Part shown: one piece after another, positions 47,997-58,572 of the stretch
How positions within the stretch are numbered: position 1 is the stretch's first letter
Layout: the number at the start of each line of letters is the position of its first letter
IMG/VR virus record: IMGVR_UViG_3300031920_000341
Span: 16,267 to 80,266 of that record
Direction: 5' to 3' (one strand)
Length of the DNA: 64,000 nucleotides
DNA from: a virus
Taxonomy: Duplodnaviria; Heunggongvirae; Uroviricota; Caudoviricetes
The notes under the pieces: model-generated
Seen by the model: the letters and a program-made list of their open reading frames with translations, nothing else
The model's database searches: none
Told to the model about the DNA's origin: nothing
Made by a program: the position numbers and the translations under genes

Positions 47997-49687
47997 TATA
48001 ATTCAACTTTTTTTAATAACTCAGTATATTCATCACTTGGACCATATTCGGTTTTTACTAGTGTGTTTAAGCTATGTTCTTCATTTTGTTTTACATGAAT
48101 TTTTTCTAATATTTCCGGATCTATTTTATAATCTTCAATATCTGTTGCTTGTGGCATAGTAGCAATTTTTTCTGTTTTACTATTTGCCATTGTATTTTTC
48201 TTATATGAATCATTTATTATTTGAGACATACTAGAATCAACACTTAAATTTGCATTTACATTACCAAGTGCACTTGCTGCAATTCCTAAGTTATTATATT
48301 CTTGATCCATTGCTGTTTCTAAACTATCCATATCCTCATCTGGCCAAAATTCACTATCGGTTGACCAATCTTCGATTATACGATAATACTTCTTTGACTT
48401 CCTAAAATACTTATAACTATTCATGTGCCCTTCATCTCTGTTTGCAATGTTTTTTATTTTAATACGTTGATCGGCAGAATTGCCAATTAATCCGAATAAA
48501 CTATCAACTGTAGCAACAAGTCCTGAGGATTCTGCTGTAGAATCTAAAAATAAATCATCAGCATTAAAATAAGCAGCTTTAACCTGTGTAGCTGAAAGTA
48601 TACACCAATTATTTCTTTTTGCAATTTTACGTAATTCTTCAGATATTGATTTAATCTTCTCATACATATTTGCCTCACCCTTATAATATTTAAGTAAGTT
48701 AATATAATCAATAATAATTAAATCAAATTTCATATCAAGTTCCTTTTCTTTACTAAGGAAAAAGTTCTCAACATCAAGAGATGTCATTGCACCGGTTGGT
48801 CCATCTTCTACAATTAATCTACCTAATTCATTCTCACCAGCTGTTTTCTTAATTGCATCAGCAACCATTGAAATACTTTGTTCATCAGTAAACCCTTTAT
48901 AAGCAGTATATGGAATATTAAATGCATTTGATCCTAATCGCTTCATATACTTAGCGGCAGAGAGCTCAACACTATATAATCCAACATTAAGTTTATTAAA
49001 TAATCCACGTACTGCAATATTACCTAATACTAATGACTTACCAACTTTTGGTGGACCTTCAAATACAATAAGTGTACCTGGTTCCCATCCGCCACCCAAT
49101 ACTTTATCAAAATATGGAAATCCAGTTGAATCATTTTTTTTAATCATCTGAATATGTGCAACAGGATCCATTATATCAAATCCTTTTTTTCTACCGGTTA
49201 AATCTATATTAAGTTCTTCATTAAACCTGTTCTTTACTTCATCAATAGTTTCTTCAATATTCTTTGGTGTAATCTTTTTCATTTTAAGTTCACCCATAAT
49301 CCCATCTACTGTTCTGTTGAGATTACCCTTCAGAATGAATGTTTTCATATATTCATATAAGAAGTCGGATTTATATCTATGTAAATTTAAAGAAAACATT
49401 GTTAATATATTTTCTTCTTCAAAATCATAGTTTTTAGTTTTAATTACACTAAATATTTCATTTACAGTTGGTATCTTACCATATTCAGTTGTGTATTTCT
49501 TTATTGCATCAAATACTATTTCACGTTCTGGATTATCGAAGAACTTTCCACTTAAGTTATGAATAACTTTAAATCTATCAATAACTTCATTCTCTACATC
49601 ATATAATTCATAATCATCATCTACTTTTACAATATAGTTGAGGATTGCGTTTTCAAATACTTCTGTGTTTTCGTCAAAATTTATCAT
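47996..49687 (-). CDS. Replicative helicase (gp41/DnaB-like)
   Basis: STGFPYFDKVLGGG, GPPKVGKS, SVEL, IIIDYINLL, SATQ, ESSGL. Confidence 0.93.
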   Translation of the reverse strand: MINFDENTEVFENAILNYIVKVDDDYELYDVENEVIDRFKVIHNLSGKFFDNPEREIVFDAIKKYTTEYGKIPTVNEIFSVIKTKNYDFEEENILTMFSLNLHRYKSDFLYEYMKTFILKGNLNRTVDGIMGELKMKKITPKNIEETIDEVKNRFNEELNIDLTGRKKGFDIMDPVAHIQMIKKNDSTGFPYFDKVLGGGWEPGTLIVFEGPPKVGKSLVLGNIAVRGLFNKLNVGLYSVELSAAKYMKRLGSNAFNIPYTAYKGFTDEQSISMVADAIKKTAGENELGRLIVEDGPTGAMTSLDVENFFLSKEKELDMKFDLIIIDYINLLKYYKGEANMYEKIKSISEELRKIAKRNNWCILSATQVKAAYFNADDLFLDSTAESSGLVATVDSLFGLIGNSADQRIKIKNIANRDEGHMNSYKYFRKSKKYYRIIEDWSTDSEFWPDEDMDSLETAMDQEYNNLGIAASALGNVNANLSVDSSMSQIINDSYKKNTMANSKTEKIATMPQATDIEDYKIDPEILEKIHVKQNEEHSLNTLVKTEYGPSDEYTELLKKVEL

Positions 49688-49697
49688 TAATAGATTT

Positions 49698-50018
49698 TTA
49701 TATTTTATAAAATAATTCTAGCGCTTGTTTGGTAAAGGTCATTTTTGATCCTTCATATTTAAAATAAACTTGTTCAAATATATTATATAACAATTTTTTA
49801 ATTTGTTCTTTCTTATTTTCATCAGAAAATGCAGGAATAGCTTGTTCTAACTCTGAAGACTCTAATATAAAGTCATTTATGCCCCATTTCTTTTTCCGTT
49901 TATTTTTAGACATAATGTATCTAAATATATCAAAAAGAATATCTTTTTCAGTAGGATATTCTTTTGATAATCTATATGCATTAATCTTGTACTTTAATTC
50001 GATGTCTTTATTTTTCAT
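49698..50018 (-). CDS. Hypothetical protein
   Basis: 106-aa ORF between uvsX and helicase (the position T4 gp40 occupies). Confidence 0.6.
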   Translation of the reverse strand: MKNKDIELKYKINAYRLSKEYPTEKDILFDIFRYIMSKNKRKKKWGINDFILESSELEQAIPAFSDENKKEQIKKLLYNIFEQVYFKYEGSKMTFTKQALELFYKI

Positions 50019-51300
50019 CTTCTAATGTAAATTTAACTTCTTTAACTTTAGTATTACTTAGTGCTTCAATACTTACATTTTTTAAATCATCTTCAACTGA
50101 ACTATATTGAAGCATTGGTTTAATTATATTTTCATCAAGCATTTTTTTAGTATTTGGTGTAAATGCAACATCACTTAAAACAACATCAGGATCAATATTT
50201 TGTAATGTATCACCAACGGCAAATGTTCTAGCACTTGAATTTCTAACAAAAGCAAACTTTTGATTAACTTTATCAATTTTCTTTTCAAACCAAAATGTTT
50301 GAAGTTCTTTTTTTGTAGAATTAACAGCAATACCATTTTTCCATTTTTTCATAAATTCTTCTTCTGGAAAAATTGTACCTTTATCAACCATACAATTTTC
50401 CCATGTTAATAATTCATGTATTCCCCAATATTCATTCATACCGTGCATAAATGATAAATGAATTTGAATTGTTTTTGGTACGGCAAGTCTATTCTTATAT
50501 GCTCTGGCTTTTAATAATACTCCAGTTTGTGTCTTAGCACCCTCGCTACCTTCTTTAAAGTATTTCTTTTCTAATAATAAAATAATACTTGCAGCAAATG
50601 TAGGACCGCCGCCGCCCGATGGAATCTCTTTATCTTGTGAGAATAACTCAAGTGTTGCTCCGGTATGATTTGTAAATAAAAATGGAATTGCTAAATTGGA
50701 TAAATCTAATGTGATATTACGAAAAAGTTGTCTACCTTCTTTTGCACGAAGACCCATATCAGCTGCTGATTTGCCAATTTTTGCATCTGCAAGTTCTTTT
50801 GTTGTATTTAACATAGCAAATGAATCAACAACAATCATAACTTTTAAATCCGGATATTTCTTCTTTTGTTCAATTAATGAAGTAATGAAATGTCTAAGTG
50901 TATAGAAAAACTTAATTGTTTTGATTAATTCAATTTGTTTAATATTAATACCCATACGTACCATATCAATTTCATCTATTGCGCCCTCAGTATCTATATA
51001 ATAAACATAATAACCTAATTTTTGTGCTTCACGTACAATATTCATAGCGAGGAATGATTTACCTGTACCAGATGGACCAGCTAATTCAATACTTCTTGTA
51101 TTTGGAATACCACCAAATATAGAACCACTTAATATTGCATTTAACATTAAATTACCAGTTCCGATATATTCAGTAATACCACCAAATTTTTTGAAGAGAT
51201 CAATATTGGTTTCTTCTTTTGTTGTTTTAAACTTTTTTGAAAGTTCTTTGTTTATATCAATAAAGCTTTTATAATTTTCACTAAAACTTTTCTTTGTCAT
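50008..51300 (-). CDS. uvsX: UvsX/RecA-like recombinase
   Basis: TGNLMLNAILSGS..GGIP, GPSGTGKS, DTEGA, VDS, DMGLRAK, TNH, SGGGG, KNR. Confidence 0.93.
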   Translation of the reverse strand: MTKKSFSENYKSFIDINKELSKKFKTTKEETNIDLFKKFGGITEYIGTGNLMLNAILSGSIFGGIPNTRSIELAGPSGTGKSFLAMNIVREAQKLGYYVYYIDTEGAIDEIDMVRMGINIKQIELIKTIKFFYTLRHFITSLIEQKKKYPDLKVMIVVDSFAMLNTTKELADAKIGKSAADMGLRAKEGRQLFRNITLDLSNLAIPFLFTNHTGATLELFSQDKEIPSGGGGPTFAASIILLLEKKYFKEGSEGAKTQTGVLLKARAYKNRLAVPKTIQIHLSFMHGMNEYWGIHELLTWENCMVDKGTIFPEEEFMKKWKNGIAVNSTKKELQTFWFEKKIDKVNQKFAFVRNSSARTFAVGDTLQNIDPDVVLSDVAFTPNTKKMLDENIIKPMLQYSSVEDDLKNVSIEALSNTKVKEVKFTLEDEK

Positions 51301-51677
51301 TATAACATTATTTTTTTATCAGATATGACAATATCTCTACGTCTCTGATCAGCCATTATTTGTTTAGCTTTATCTTCACCATATAATTCAGTAAAGTTTT
51401 TAAGTTGACTTGTGTATCGTTTACGATCAGCTTCAGCCTGATCAAATGAAATTTCTTCTAAGTATGCATTATGTATTGCTCTACCATGTTTAATATTTTC
51501 ATCTGTTATATTTACCCAACCTTCAAAGTTATTAGGTTTTTGTTGTTTAAAATGTGATCTTCTCATTCTTCTATCAGGATATACGCCAGGAGGATTTTTT
51601 TCTTTTCTTCTTTCTACTGATAATGGTTGATCTAAAAATCTAATAATTGTCTGTAATGTTTCTCGTCTTATTGCCAT
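51300..51677 (-). CDS. Hypothetical protein
   Basis: 125-aa ORF in operon. Confidence 0.6.
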   Translation of the reverse strand: MAIRRETLQTIIRFLDQPLSVERRKEKNPPGVYPDRRMRRSHFKQQKPNNFEGWVNITDENIKHGRAIHNAYLEEISFDQAEADRKRYTSQLKNFTELYGEDKAKQIMADQRRRDIVISDKKIML

Positions 51678-51693
51678 TTTTTCTTTAATTTTT

Positions 51694-52125
51694 TTATGCT
51701 AAATATGATATCAACATAAATAAAGATGCCGATAAAAATATATCCATGTTTGAATCTTTTATTAGAGTAGGGTATTGTGTTACCTCATATGTATCCTTTA
51801 TAGATTCAGCATTGATTTTCTTTATTACTGGTGTTAAATTAATTCCATATAATGGTGTATCTTTCGCATTATAAATATTTTCTCCGGACAATACGCCAAG
51901 ATAAAATAAATTATTAAGAAATTCTTCCATTTCTTCTTCTTCTACAATAATTTGAAATTTTTCTTTGAGAAATTTAAATATTGCATCACTATTTGATTTA
52001 TTATTATGCGAAACAAATAAAATACTATTTCTATCCTGATCTGTTCTACTTGTCAGTATGTTCATTATTGACTTTGACTTTTCGTCTAGTATGAACGGTA
52101 TTATTGCTATTAGTTTTTTTTCCAT
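51694..52125 (-). CDS. Hypothetical protein
   Basis: 143-aa ORF. Confidence 0.55.
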   Translation of the reverse strand: MEKKLIAIIPFILDEKSKSIMNILTSRTDQDRNSILFVSHNNKSNSDAIFKFLKEKFQIIVEEEEMEEFLNNLFYLGVLSGENIYNAKDTPLYGINLTPVIKKINAESIKDTYEVTQYPTLIKDSNMDIFLSASLFMLISYLA

Positions 52126-52717
52126 TAGATATTAATTTTTTTTTTTCATCGAGTAGAACTAATAACGATGCTGTAATTACTTCATTCTTGATTCCTTCTT
52201 GTACATAACTCGAAAGTTCATTTAAAAATTCTTTTGAATTTGCCGCATTTTTATACATTGCCTTTAAGAAAGCAATATCAGGTAACTTAATTTTTATATT
52301 AAGTGGTAAATCATATTCATCATTATTAAATTTAGAAAAATATGATTCCTGTGGTTTAACTGGTTTTTGTTCTACTATATTATTTACTTGTTGTTGTGTA
52401 CGCATTGGAAATTGAGTATTAGTTTCAAGTTCCAATTCAGCAAACTCAGGTTTTGATTTATCAATTAACGGCGCGCCACTTAACGATTCTGGTGCACCCA
52501 CATTAACATTGACATCATGTATACGTAAATACTTATCAATTACTGATAATTTTAACGAGGCGCCATCTGGAAATTCAAGCATAAATGAATCACCTCGTTC
52601 ACTTACATCTTTTGCTTTTATTATTTCACCTTTTACGTATTTTCCGAATGGTCTAACTACCTTAAAAGGATAAGTTAGATATTGGTTTTTTATACCTTCC
52701 ATTATATCACTTGCCAT
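52046..52717 (-). CDS. Hypothetical protein
   Basis: 223-aa ORF downstream of the polymerase N-subunit. Confidence 0.6.
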   Translation of the reverse strand: MASDIMEGIKNQYLTYPFKVVRPFGKYVKGEIIKAKDVSERGDSFMLEFPDGASLKLSVIDKYLRIHDVNVNVGAPESLSGAPLIDKSKPEFAELELETNTQFPMRTQQQVNNIVEQKPVKPQESYFSKFNNDEYDLPLNIKIKLPDIAFLKAMYKNAANSKEFLNELSSYVQEGIKNEVITASLLVLLDEKKKLISNGKKTNSNNTVHTRRKVKVNNEHTDK

Positions 52718-52728
52718 ATCTTTTATTA

Positions 52729-54126
52729 TTATTTTTCTAATTCTCTAAGTTCTTCTTCAAGATCTTTTATTTCATTTTGAACTTCAACCCTTAATCCATA
52801 TAGATAAACTAAAAGTTCTTTTGTAACTGAGTCGAATTCAAGTGTAAATACAGTATTGTTTTTTGTTATTGTATATGAACCAGGCATTAACTCATTTAAA
52901 TTAATTTGATCTGCTTGTCCAAGCAGACTATCCATTGATATATTGAATTGTATTTGAATATTTGGATACATTGATGAAAAGTCAAAACATACAATATTCC
53001 TATAAAATCCAGGTATCGGTTCTTTTACATATGCTCCTTTATATTTACTTTTATCATCTGTTTGAAATTTATTTTCTTTAGTTGTATGTAGATTACGATC
53101 AAGTAATCTTTTTATAATCATAAGCTCAGTCATAAATACTGGTCCAAATATTCTACTTATCTCTGTTCGAGCAATTGCAGAAATAGCAAATGATGCTTTT
53201 AATTGTTCTAAATCTTCATCAATCAATTGGGGTAATATCGTATCTATTATGTTATACTTTAAAAACTTAAAATGTTTTTGTTGAAGTTCATAAAAACTTT
53301 CACTATGTGTCAATTTCTTAATTCCAAGCACCCTGTTCGACGTATAATCTAAAGAGTGGTTTTCCATATCATCTAATGGTTTAAACTTCTTCAGTGCGTC
53401 TATATAATCAATAATACCCATATGAATAGGTATATTCTCTCTACCGAATGTTTCATGCGAAAGTAAATACTTTGTAATATCAATTTTATTATGCTTTACT
53501 GTTCTATTGTAAATGGTTTGCCAGTCAAAATTAATAACATTCCATCCGGTTAAGAAACCTATCTTAGGCATAAAATATTGAACAAATGCCGTAAGTAAAT
53601 CCTTTTCTGTTTTAAAGTAAGTATAGTATAACTTAAACTTTCTATTAAATGGTAAAAAGTATTCATTTACTTCAACCTCAAGTTGAATTCGTTCTTGATC
53701 ATCTAAATATTTTGTAGTTAATACATAAATATTATCACCTTCTACTAATGTAAGTGCATTAATTGGACAAGGTGCAATTTCAGGATCAGGAAATTTATTG
53801 CTTTTATCAACTTCAACTTCAATATCTACATAAAATACTTTTGGTGGTGCAACCGAAGATATTTTATCCCAATCATCTTGTGTAAATCGTTCATGCATTA
53901 TTTCTTCAATACGATAACGATTTAAATAATGAGTTCTCTTTTTAGAAACATAACGTTTATCCCAATTTCTACCTTCTGGTGGTCCATCACCAGCTGTATG
54001 AGGTACCCATTCGAATAAATCTTTTGATGTTATCTTTTTCTTAATATAATCAAGATTTCCTTCTTCATCATAATATGATACTAAAAGAGCTTCATGATTT
54101 TTATTATATTCTGCACCTACGAGCAT
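52729..54126 (-). CDS. Family B DNA polymerase, N-terminal subunit (3'-5' exonuclease, motif A, first fingers helix)
   Basis: ExoI YVDIEV, ExoII GWNVINFDW, SLDY, ExoIII YNIIDT, YKGAYVKEP, motif A FDFSSMYPN. Ends LRVEVQNEIKDLEEELRELEK*. Confidence 0.93.
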   Translation of the reverse strand: MLVGAEYNKNHEALLVSYYDEEGNLDYIKKKITSKDLFEWVPHTAGDGPPEGRNWDKRYVSKKRTHYLNRYRIEEIMHERFTQDDWDKISSVAPPKVFYVDIEVEVDKSNKFPDPEIAPCPINALTLVEGDNIYVLTTKYLDDQERIQLEVEVNEYFLPFNRKFKLYYTYFKTEKDLLTAFVQYFMPKIGFLTGWNVINFDWQTIYNRTVKHNKIDITKYLLSHETFGRENIPIHMGIIDYIDALKKFKPLDDMENHSLDYTSNRVLGIKKLTHSESFYELQQKHFKFLKYNIIDTILPQLIDEDLEQLKASFAISAIARTEISRIFGPVFMTELMIIKRLLDRNLHTTKENKFQTDDKSKYKGAYVKEPIPGFYRNIVCFDFSSMYPNIQIQFNISMDSLLGQADQINLNELMPGSYTITKNNTVFTLEFDSVTKELLVYLYGLRVEVQNEIKDLEEELRELEK

Positions 54127-54680
54127 TATTTAAGCTTTAAATTTATATTATTTGTTGAACCAAATCCACCGCCGCCACGTTCGGATTTTTTATCATATAA
54201 TTCTTCCAATGGTAATTGTTCTAATTTAGAATAGCCTGTAAGTAATTCAATAAATTGAACTATTTTTTCACCTTGACTAATTTTTACAATATGATTGGAT
54301 GTATTTATTATATTAATATGGATCTCACCTTGGTAATCGGAATCAATTACACATGCACCAAGTACTAAACCTTTTTTTGAAGCAATGCCTGATTTATTAA
54401 ATGCAATCTGTACAATATCAGGATCTAGGTTAACATGAATTCCAGATGGAATTAAGAAACGTTCACCGGGACCAATTAAAACAGCAGTCTCTAAATAATA
54501 ATATGAATAACAATCAGGTCTTATTGAATTTATATTTGGATTCTTTTCTTTAAGCTCAGCTATAAATTCATCTGTAAATTCAGGGACGTATACGTCTACA
54601 CCAGCTGATTGAGAAGTTCCTCTTGATGGAGGCGTAATTGTCCTTTTTGGACTAATTGCATATTGTAACTTTTTCACCAT
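54126..54680 (-). CDS. dut: Trimeric dUTPase
   Basis: SAGVD, NKSG, VIDSDYQGEI, RGGGGFGST. Likely start ATG 54680. Confidence 0.95.
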   Translation of the reverse strand: MVKKLQYAISPKRTITPPSRGTSQSAGVDVYVPEFTDEFIAELKEKNPNINSIRPDCYSYYYLETAVLIGPGERFLIPSGIHVNLDPDIVQIAFNKSGIASKKGLVLGACVIDSDYQGEIHINIINTSNHIVKISQGEKIVQFIELLTGYSKLEQLPLEELYDKKSERGGGGFGSTNNINLKLK

Positions 54681-54697
54681 TAGTTTATTGTTTTTAT

Positions 54698-54724
54698 ATT
54701 TTACCAAAAAAAGGGGAAAAGTTT
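54698..54724 (-). promoter_or_regulatory. Putative promoter AAACT-N16-TAAAAT for the dut/polymerase N-subunit operon
   Basis: Exact motif and spacing, 18 nt upstream of ATG 54680. Confidence 0.6.
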
Positions 54725-54776
54725 GACATTTATCAAAAATAATTTCGAATAAATAAATAAAAATATACTATAACAC

Positions 54777-57722
54777 ATGGCTGAATTAAATTTAGCGGAA
54801 TATACTGCAAGTGGTATCTATACGATTGAAGTCGATGGAACTCAAATGATATCTTATCCTCTTAACTCTGGAAGGATAGTAATTGGTACATCCAGAACAG
54901 GTCCTATCAATTCATTAGTATTAAACCGAGATTCAAAAACCGCACAATATGTTTATGGCACTAGAGACTTATATTTAGAGAATCGTGGAAGCTATTTCCA
55001 TAAAGCATTGGATATTATGTTAGGAATTGGACCAGTTTATTCACTTAACCTGGTACCTATTGATTTATCTTCTCCAAGCATTGATAACTTGGATCAAGGT
55101 AACTTTTTAATATTTAGTGCCGAAAGCGCATTACATAATGCAGGTGAATCTTACGCAGACTTAGGTATCGAACCTATAATGTTTAAACAATCCGCATATA
55201 AAGACTTTTACAATAGACAAAAATTTTGGTCTGCAAGTGAAGAACGATTAAATAGTACCAAAAATTCTGTCCTTGGTGAAACAGCAACATCATTTGGAAC
55301 AATTGCTGCTGCAAACAATATAGTTGGTTTTGCTAACTTAAGTAAACGTGAACTTACTATATTTGTTGTTAAAGCAAATGTAAACGGTTATGATGCAACA
55401 ATATTTGAATGGTATAATGGTTTAGGTGAAGATGTTGTAAAACCTGAATACTTACATAAAGATGATTTTGTTTCTGACTTTTTTGTTGATGTAATTGTAA
55501 TTGAAGGTGACTGGTCGGATAATGTTAGATTATCTAAAGATGTTAAATATTCTAGATATTTTAATAATAGTGGACTTGAATATTCAAATATTGATGAATT
55601 TATTCAACTTAAAGATGTTAAACTTATAACTCGTCAGACTGGTTCATTAATTGCTGATTTTCAAGACAGATCAGGTAATGCTGTTTCAATTGATAAAGTA
55701 TTTAATAGAATGTTTCCTATAACAGAATGTATTATGTCACTTGATGAATCAAAACTTGAAGCAATGCTTCTTAATACAGATACATTTGAAGCTGATGATA
55801 TTACAACACAGAGACTTGACTTAATCGGTCATGGCGCAACAGAAATTGATACTGGTGCTGGAACTGGTGCTGGAGAATATGCTGATGATTCAACAACTAA
55901 TAAAATAATTGATTTATTATCATATAGAAAACCATTAATTTCAAAACTTTATTTTAAAGCAACAACCGGTACTACTACTTCTGAATCTATAGAATTTACA
56001 ACAGCTGGTACACCAGCCGCTGTAGCTGAAATTACAGCATATGAAGATAGTAAACTATATAAAGCAATTATGTCTGGTTTCATTTATAATGGAATGACTT
56101 CAATTGATGATAGTGGAGCTTCTCCTGCTGATCCTGTAACTTATATTAAAGTTAATGGACCTTATACTACAGATATTGGTTCACCAGCAGTATCAGTAAG
56201 TTACTTTACAATAACAGCATATAGTGATTCTACATTATTAACACTATCAGAATTCAATTCATGGAACGATGGTGATGATGTTGTTACATTCGTTGATGAT
56301 GCTGATGATAATTATACACAAGTTATTTCAATGACATCCTTTGATAGCTGGACATATACTCAACCTAATGTTGTACAAATTGAAATGGTAACTGCTGATT
56401 TAGAAAATGATGATAATGCATTAATTCTCAATTACTTAACACCGGGACATTATGTTAAAGCTAAGTCAACTTCTGGAAGAATTAGAATGCTTAAGATTTT
56501 ATCTGTATCTAAAAATTTAACTAAAACTACATTATTAAAAACTTTTTACGATATTACTGTAATGACTGCTCAAGGAACTGAGATTTTGGGAATTGATATG
56601 GGAACATCTGGATCAGAAACATTAACTGTTTACAAAGGTATTCAGAAATTCATTACTGATATAAGAGGTTTTAATATTGATCCATTTATTTTAAGAGAAC
56701 AAGTTCTTCCTAATGGATCAGCAATAAGACAAAAGGTAATTCTTGATTACATATTTGATTCAGGATTGTATAAAGCATTAACTCAAAGTGATGCTGTTGA
56801 GATTAGACAAATTGTTGACTCATATGAAGGAACAATTGAACCTTCAACTAAGTATAACTTAGTTAAATTAGCAGCTACACATCAAAGGACTGCAGTATTT
56901 GCAAATGATCCATCAATGAAACAATTTGAAGAATCAGTAGATCCTAGTTTTATTGATAGTAGTAACGGTTTAGTAGATCCTCAACATATTGTTGATGGTG
57001 GTAATTTACTGTTAAATCCTTCTTTCACATTTACATTACCGGAAGAATCATTAAACGGAATTCCAATGGAATCCTTTGCATACTTTGTGATGCCTTATTT
57101 AATGATTCGTGATAAAGGTAAAAATAAAAGAATGATACCTGCTCCTTATATGGCTAATGCCTACTACAGGAAATTCCAAGGTGGTAGTAAATATGCTATT
57201 GTAGCTGGTACTAAAGGTAAAATTACTGAACCGGAAGTTATCGGACCAGAATATGATTTTGATGATGATGCACGTAAGATAATTGAACCAAAAGGTCATA
57301 ACTTAATTGTTAAACGTAAACGTCACGGTATAATGTTATTAAGTAACAATACCGCATACTATAAAGTTGAATCTGCACTTAACAGCGCACATGTTCGTGA
57401 GAACTTAATCTCTATTGAAAATGATATTGATGCAATTTTATTCGGATTCTTATTTGACTTTAATGATCCTATAACAAGAATTAGAGTTAAGACTCAATTA
57501 GAAAATTATTTAGATGGCGTTAAATCAAGTCGTGGTATTACTTATTATGAAGTAACAATAGATGAAAGTAATAATACTGAAGAATTGATTAGTAAAAACA
57601 TGGCACTTGTTGATATTAAAGTATCCTTCAATAAAGGTATACATAAATTTATTAACAGAATCATACTTACTCAATCAAATGGTGAGATTTCTCCACTACA
57701 AACTGGTTTCGCAATTAACTAA
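54777..57722 (+). CDS. Tail sheath protein (gp18-like) with large insertion
   Basis: N-terminal SGIYTIEVD...IG...GPIN; C-terminal AG..G.I, AHVRENLI, FLFDFND..TR, RGITYYEVTIDESNNTEELI. Confidence 0.92.
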   Translation: MAELNLAEYTASGIYTIEVDGTQMISYPLNSGRIVIGTSRTGPINSLVLNRDSKTAQYVYGTRDLYLENRGSYFHKALDIMLGIGPVYSLNLVPIDLSSPSIDNLDQGNFLIFSAESALHNAGESYADLGIEPIMFKQSAYKDFYNRQKFWSASEERLNSTKNSVLGETATSFGTIAAANNIVGFANLSKRELTIFVVKANVNGYDATIFEWYNGLGEDVVKPEYLHKDDFVSDFFVDVIVIEGDWSDNVRLSKDVKYSRYFNNSGLEYSNIDEFIQLKDVKLITRQTGSLIADFQDRSGNAVSIDKVFNRMFPITECIMSLDESKLEAMLLNTDTFEADDITTQRLDLIGHGATEIDTGAGTGAGEYADDSTTNKIIDLLSYRKPLISKLYFKATTGTTTSESIEFTTAGTPAAVAEITAYEDSKLYKAIMSGFIYNGMTSIDDSGASPADPVTYIKVNGPYTTDIGSPAVSVSYFTITAYSDSTLLTLSEFNSWNDGDDVVTFVDDADDNYTQVISMTSFDSWTYTQPNVVQIEMVTADLENDDNALILNYLTPGHYVKAKSTSGRIRMLKILSVSKNLTKTTLLKTFYDITVMTAQGTEILGIDMGTSGSETLTVYKGIQKFITDIRGFNIDPFILREQVLPNGSAIRQKVILDYIFDSGLYKALTQSDAVEIRQIVDSYEGTIEPSTKYNLVKLAATHQRTAVFANDPSMKQFEESVDPSFIDSSNGLVDPQHIVDGGNLLLNPSFTFTLPEESLNGIPMESFAYFVMPYLMIRDKGKNKRMIPAPYMANAYYRKFQGGSKYAIVAGTKGKITEPEVIGPEYDFDDDARKIIEPKGHNLIVKRKRHGIMLLSNNTAYYKVESALNSAHVRENLISIENDIDAILFGFLFDFNDPITRIRVKTQLENYLDGVKSSRGITYYEVTIDESNNTEELISKNMALVDIKVSFNKGIHKFINRIILTQSNGEISPLQTGFAIN

Positions 57723-57739
57723 ATTTAAATATGTAGTAC

Positions 57740-57771
57740 AAAAAAAGCCTGGACAAAATCCAGGCTTTTTT
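57740..57771. terminator. Bidirectional intrinsic terminator
   Basis: AAAAAAAGCCTGGA-caaaa-TCCAGGCTTTTTT between convergent genes. Confidence 0.9.
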
Positions 57772-57789
57772 ATTAATACACAATAACAA

Positions 57790-58233
57790 TTATACTTGGA
57801 CATATTTAGCGTCCATTTTCTTATTATCACTAGTTAACTTAGTTAATGTTAATGTTCTTGGCATATGATTTTTTTGATCTTGTCCACCTGACATTGATTC
57901 ACAGAATATAACTTCAACAACTTTACCTTTATCATCATATATTGCTGGAATTAAACTACCATTCTTTGCAATTTGTTCAATATCAATACTTTCATCATCC
58001 AATTGTAAACCACGAATTTTTCTTTCATGTTCTATTGATGTATCATACATAGAAACTGGTATTTCAGTAATCACACCCTGTTGTGCAGAATAATGTTTGT
58101 TTTCATAAGTAAATTCAAAACCTGAATCTCTCATACATATACCCATACGTTCACCACTATTGGTTTTTAGTCCTATTCCACTATATACTTCTCGTATTTC
58201 AATTGCACCGTCTTCATCAGTTGTTACTTTCAT
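57790..58233 (-). CDS. Hypothetical protein
   Basis: 147-aa ORF. Confidence 0.6.
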   Translation of the reverse strand: MKVTTDEDGAIEIREVYSGIGLKTNSGERMGICMRDSGFEFTYENKHYSAQQGVITEIPVSMYDTSIEHERKIRGLQLDDESIDIEQIAKNGSLIPAIYDDKGKVVEVIFCESMSGGQDQKNHMPRTLTLTKLTSDNKKMDAKYVQV

Positions 58234-58236
58234 AGT

Positions 58237-58572
58237 TTATTTGTTTTTAAGATCAAAATAAATAATTGTTATTTCTTCATTTGGTTCTAAATCAGGATAG
58301 AATTTTTTCATGCCTTCATACATATCTTCATTATCTTCATATCCATCATCCATACAAACTTCATCAGGAACCAAATTTAAATATGTATGAGTAACTTGGT
58401 ATACTGCAATATCTTCTTTATCATCACCAGATATTGATTCCATTACATTTAATCCCAATGGAACTTCTCTATGTCCCTTACGTATAGTTACAAATTTTGA
58501 ACCATCATATAAGCCTGGAAATATTCCATCTTCTAGTTTTAAAATCATGATATTAAAATTATTTTTCTTCAT
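58237..58572 (-). CDS. ASCH/PUA-like domain protein
   Basis: DGSKFVTIRKG (GxKxxTIR), DGY, KKFYPD, ITIIYF. Confidence 0.75.
   Translation of the reverse strand: MKKNNFNIMILKLEDGIFPGLYDGSKFVTIRKGHREVPLGLNVMESISGDDKEDIAVYQVTHTYLNLVPDEVCMDDGYEDNEDMYEGMKKFYPDLEPNEEITIIYFDLKNK

Noticed and set aside
51694-52125. Possible degenerate NUDIX fold (and possible degenerate kinase fold at 41503-41958)
   Set aside because: Only a vague pattern resemblance with no Nudix box or P-loop; cannot be supported without a structure search.
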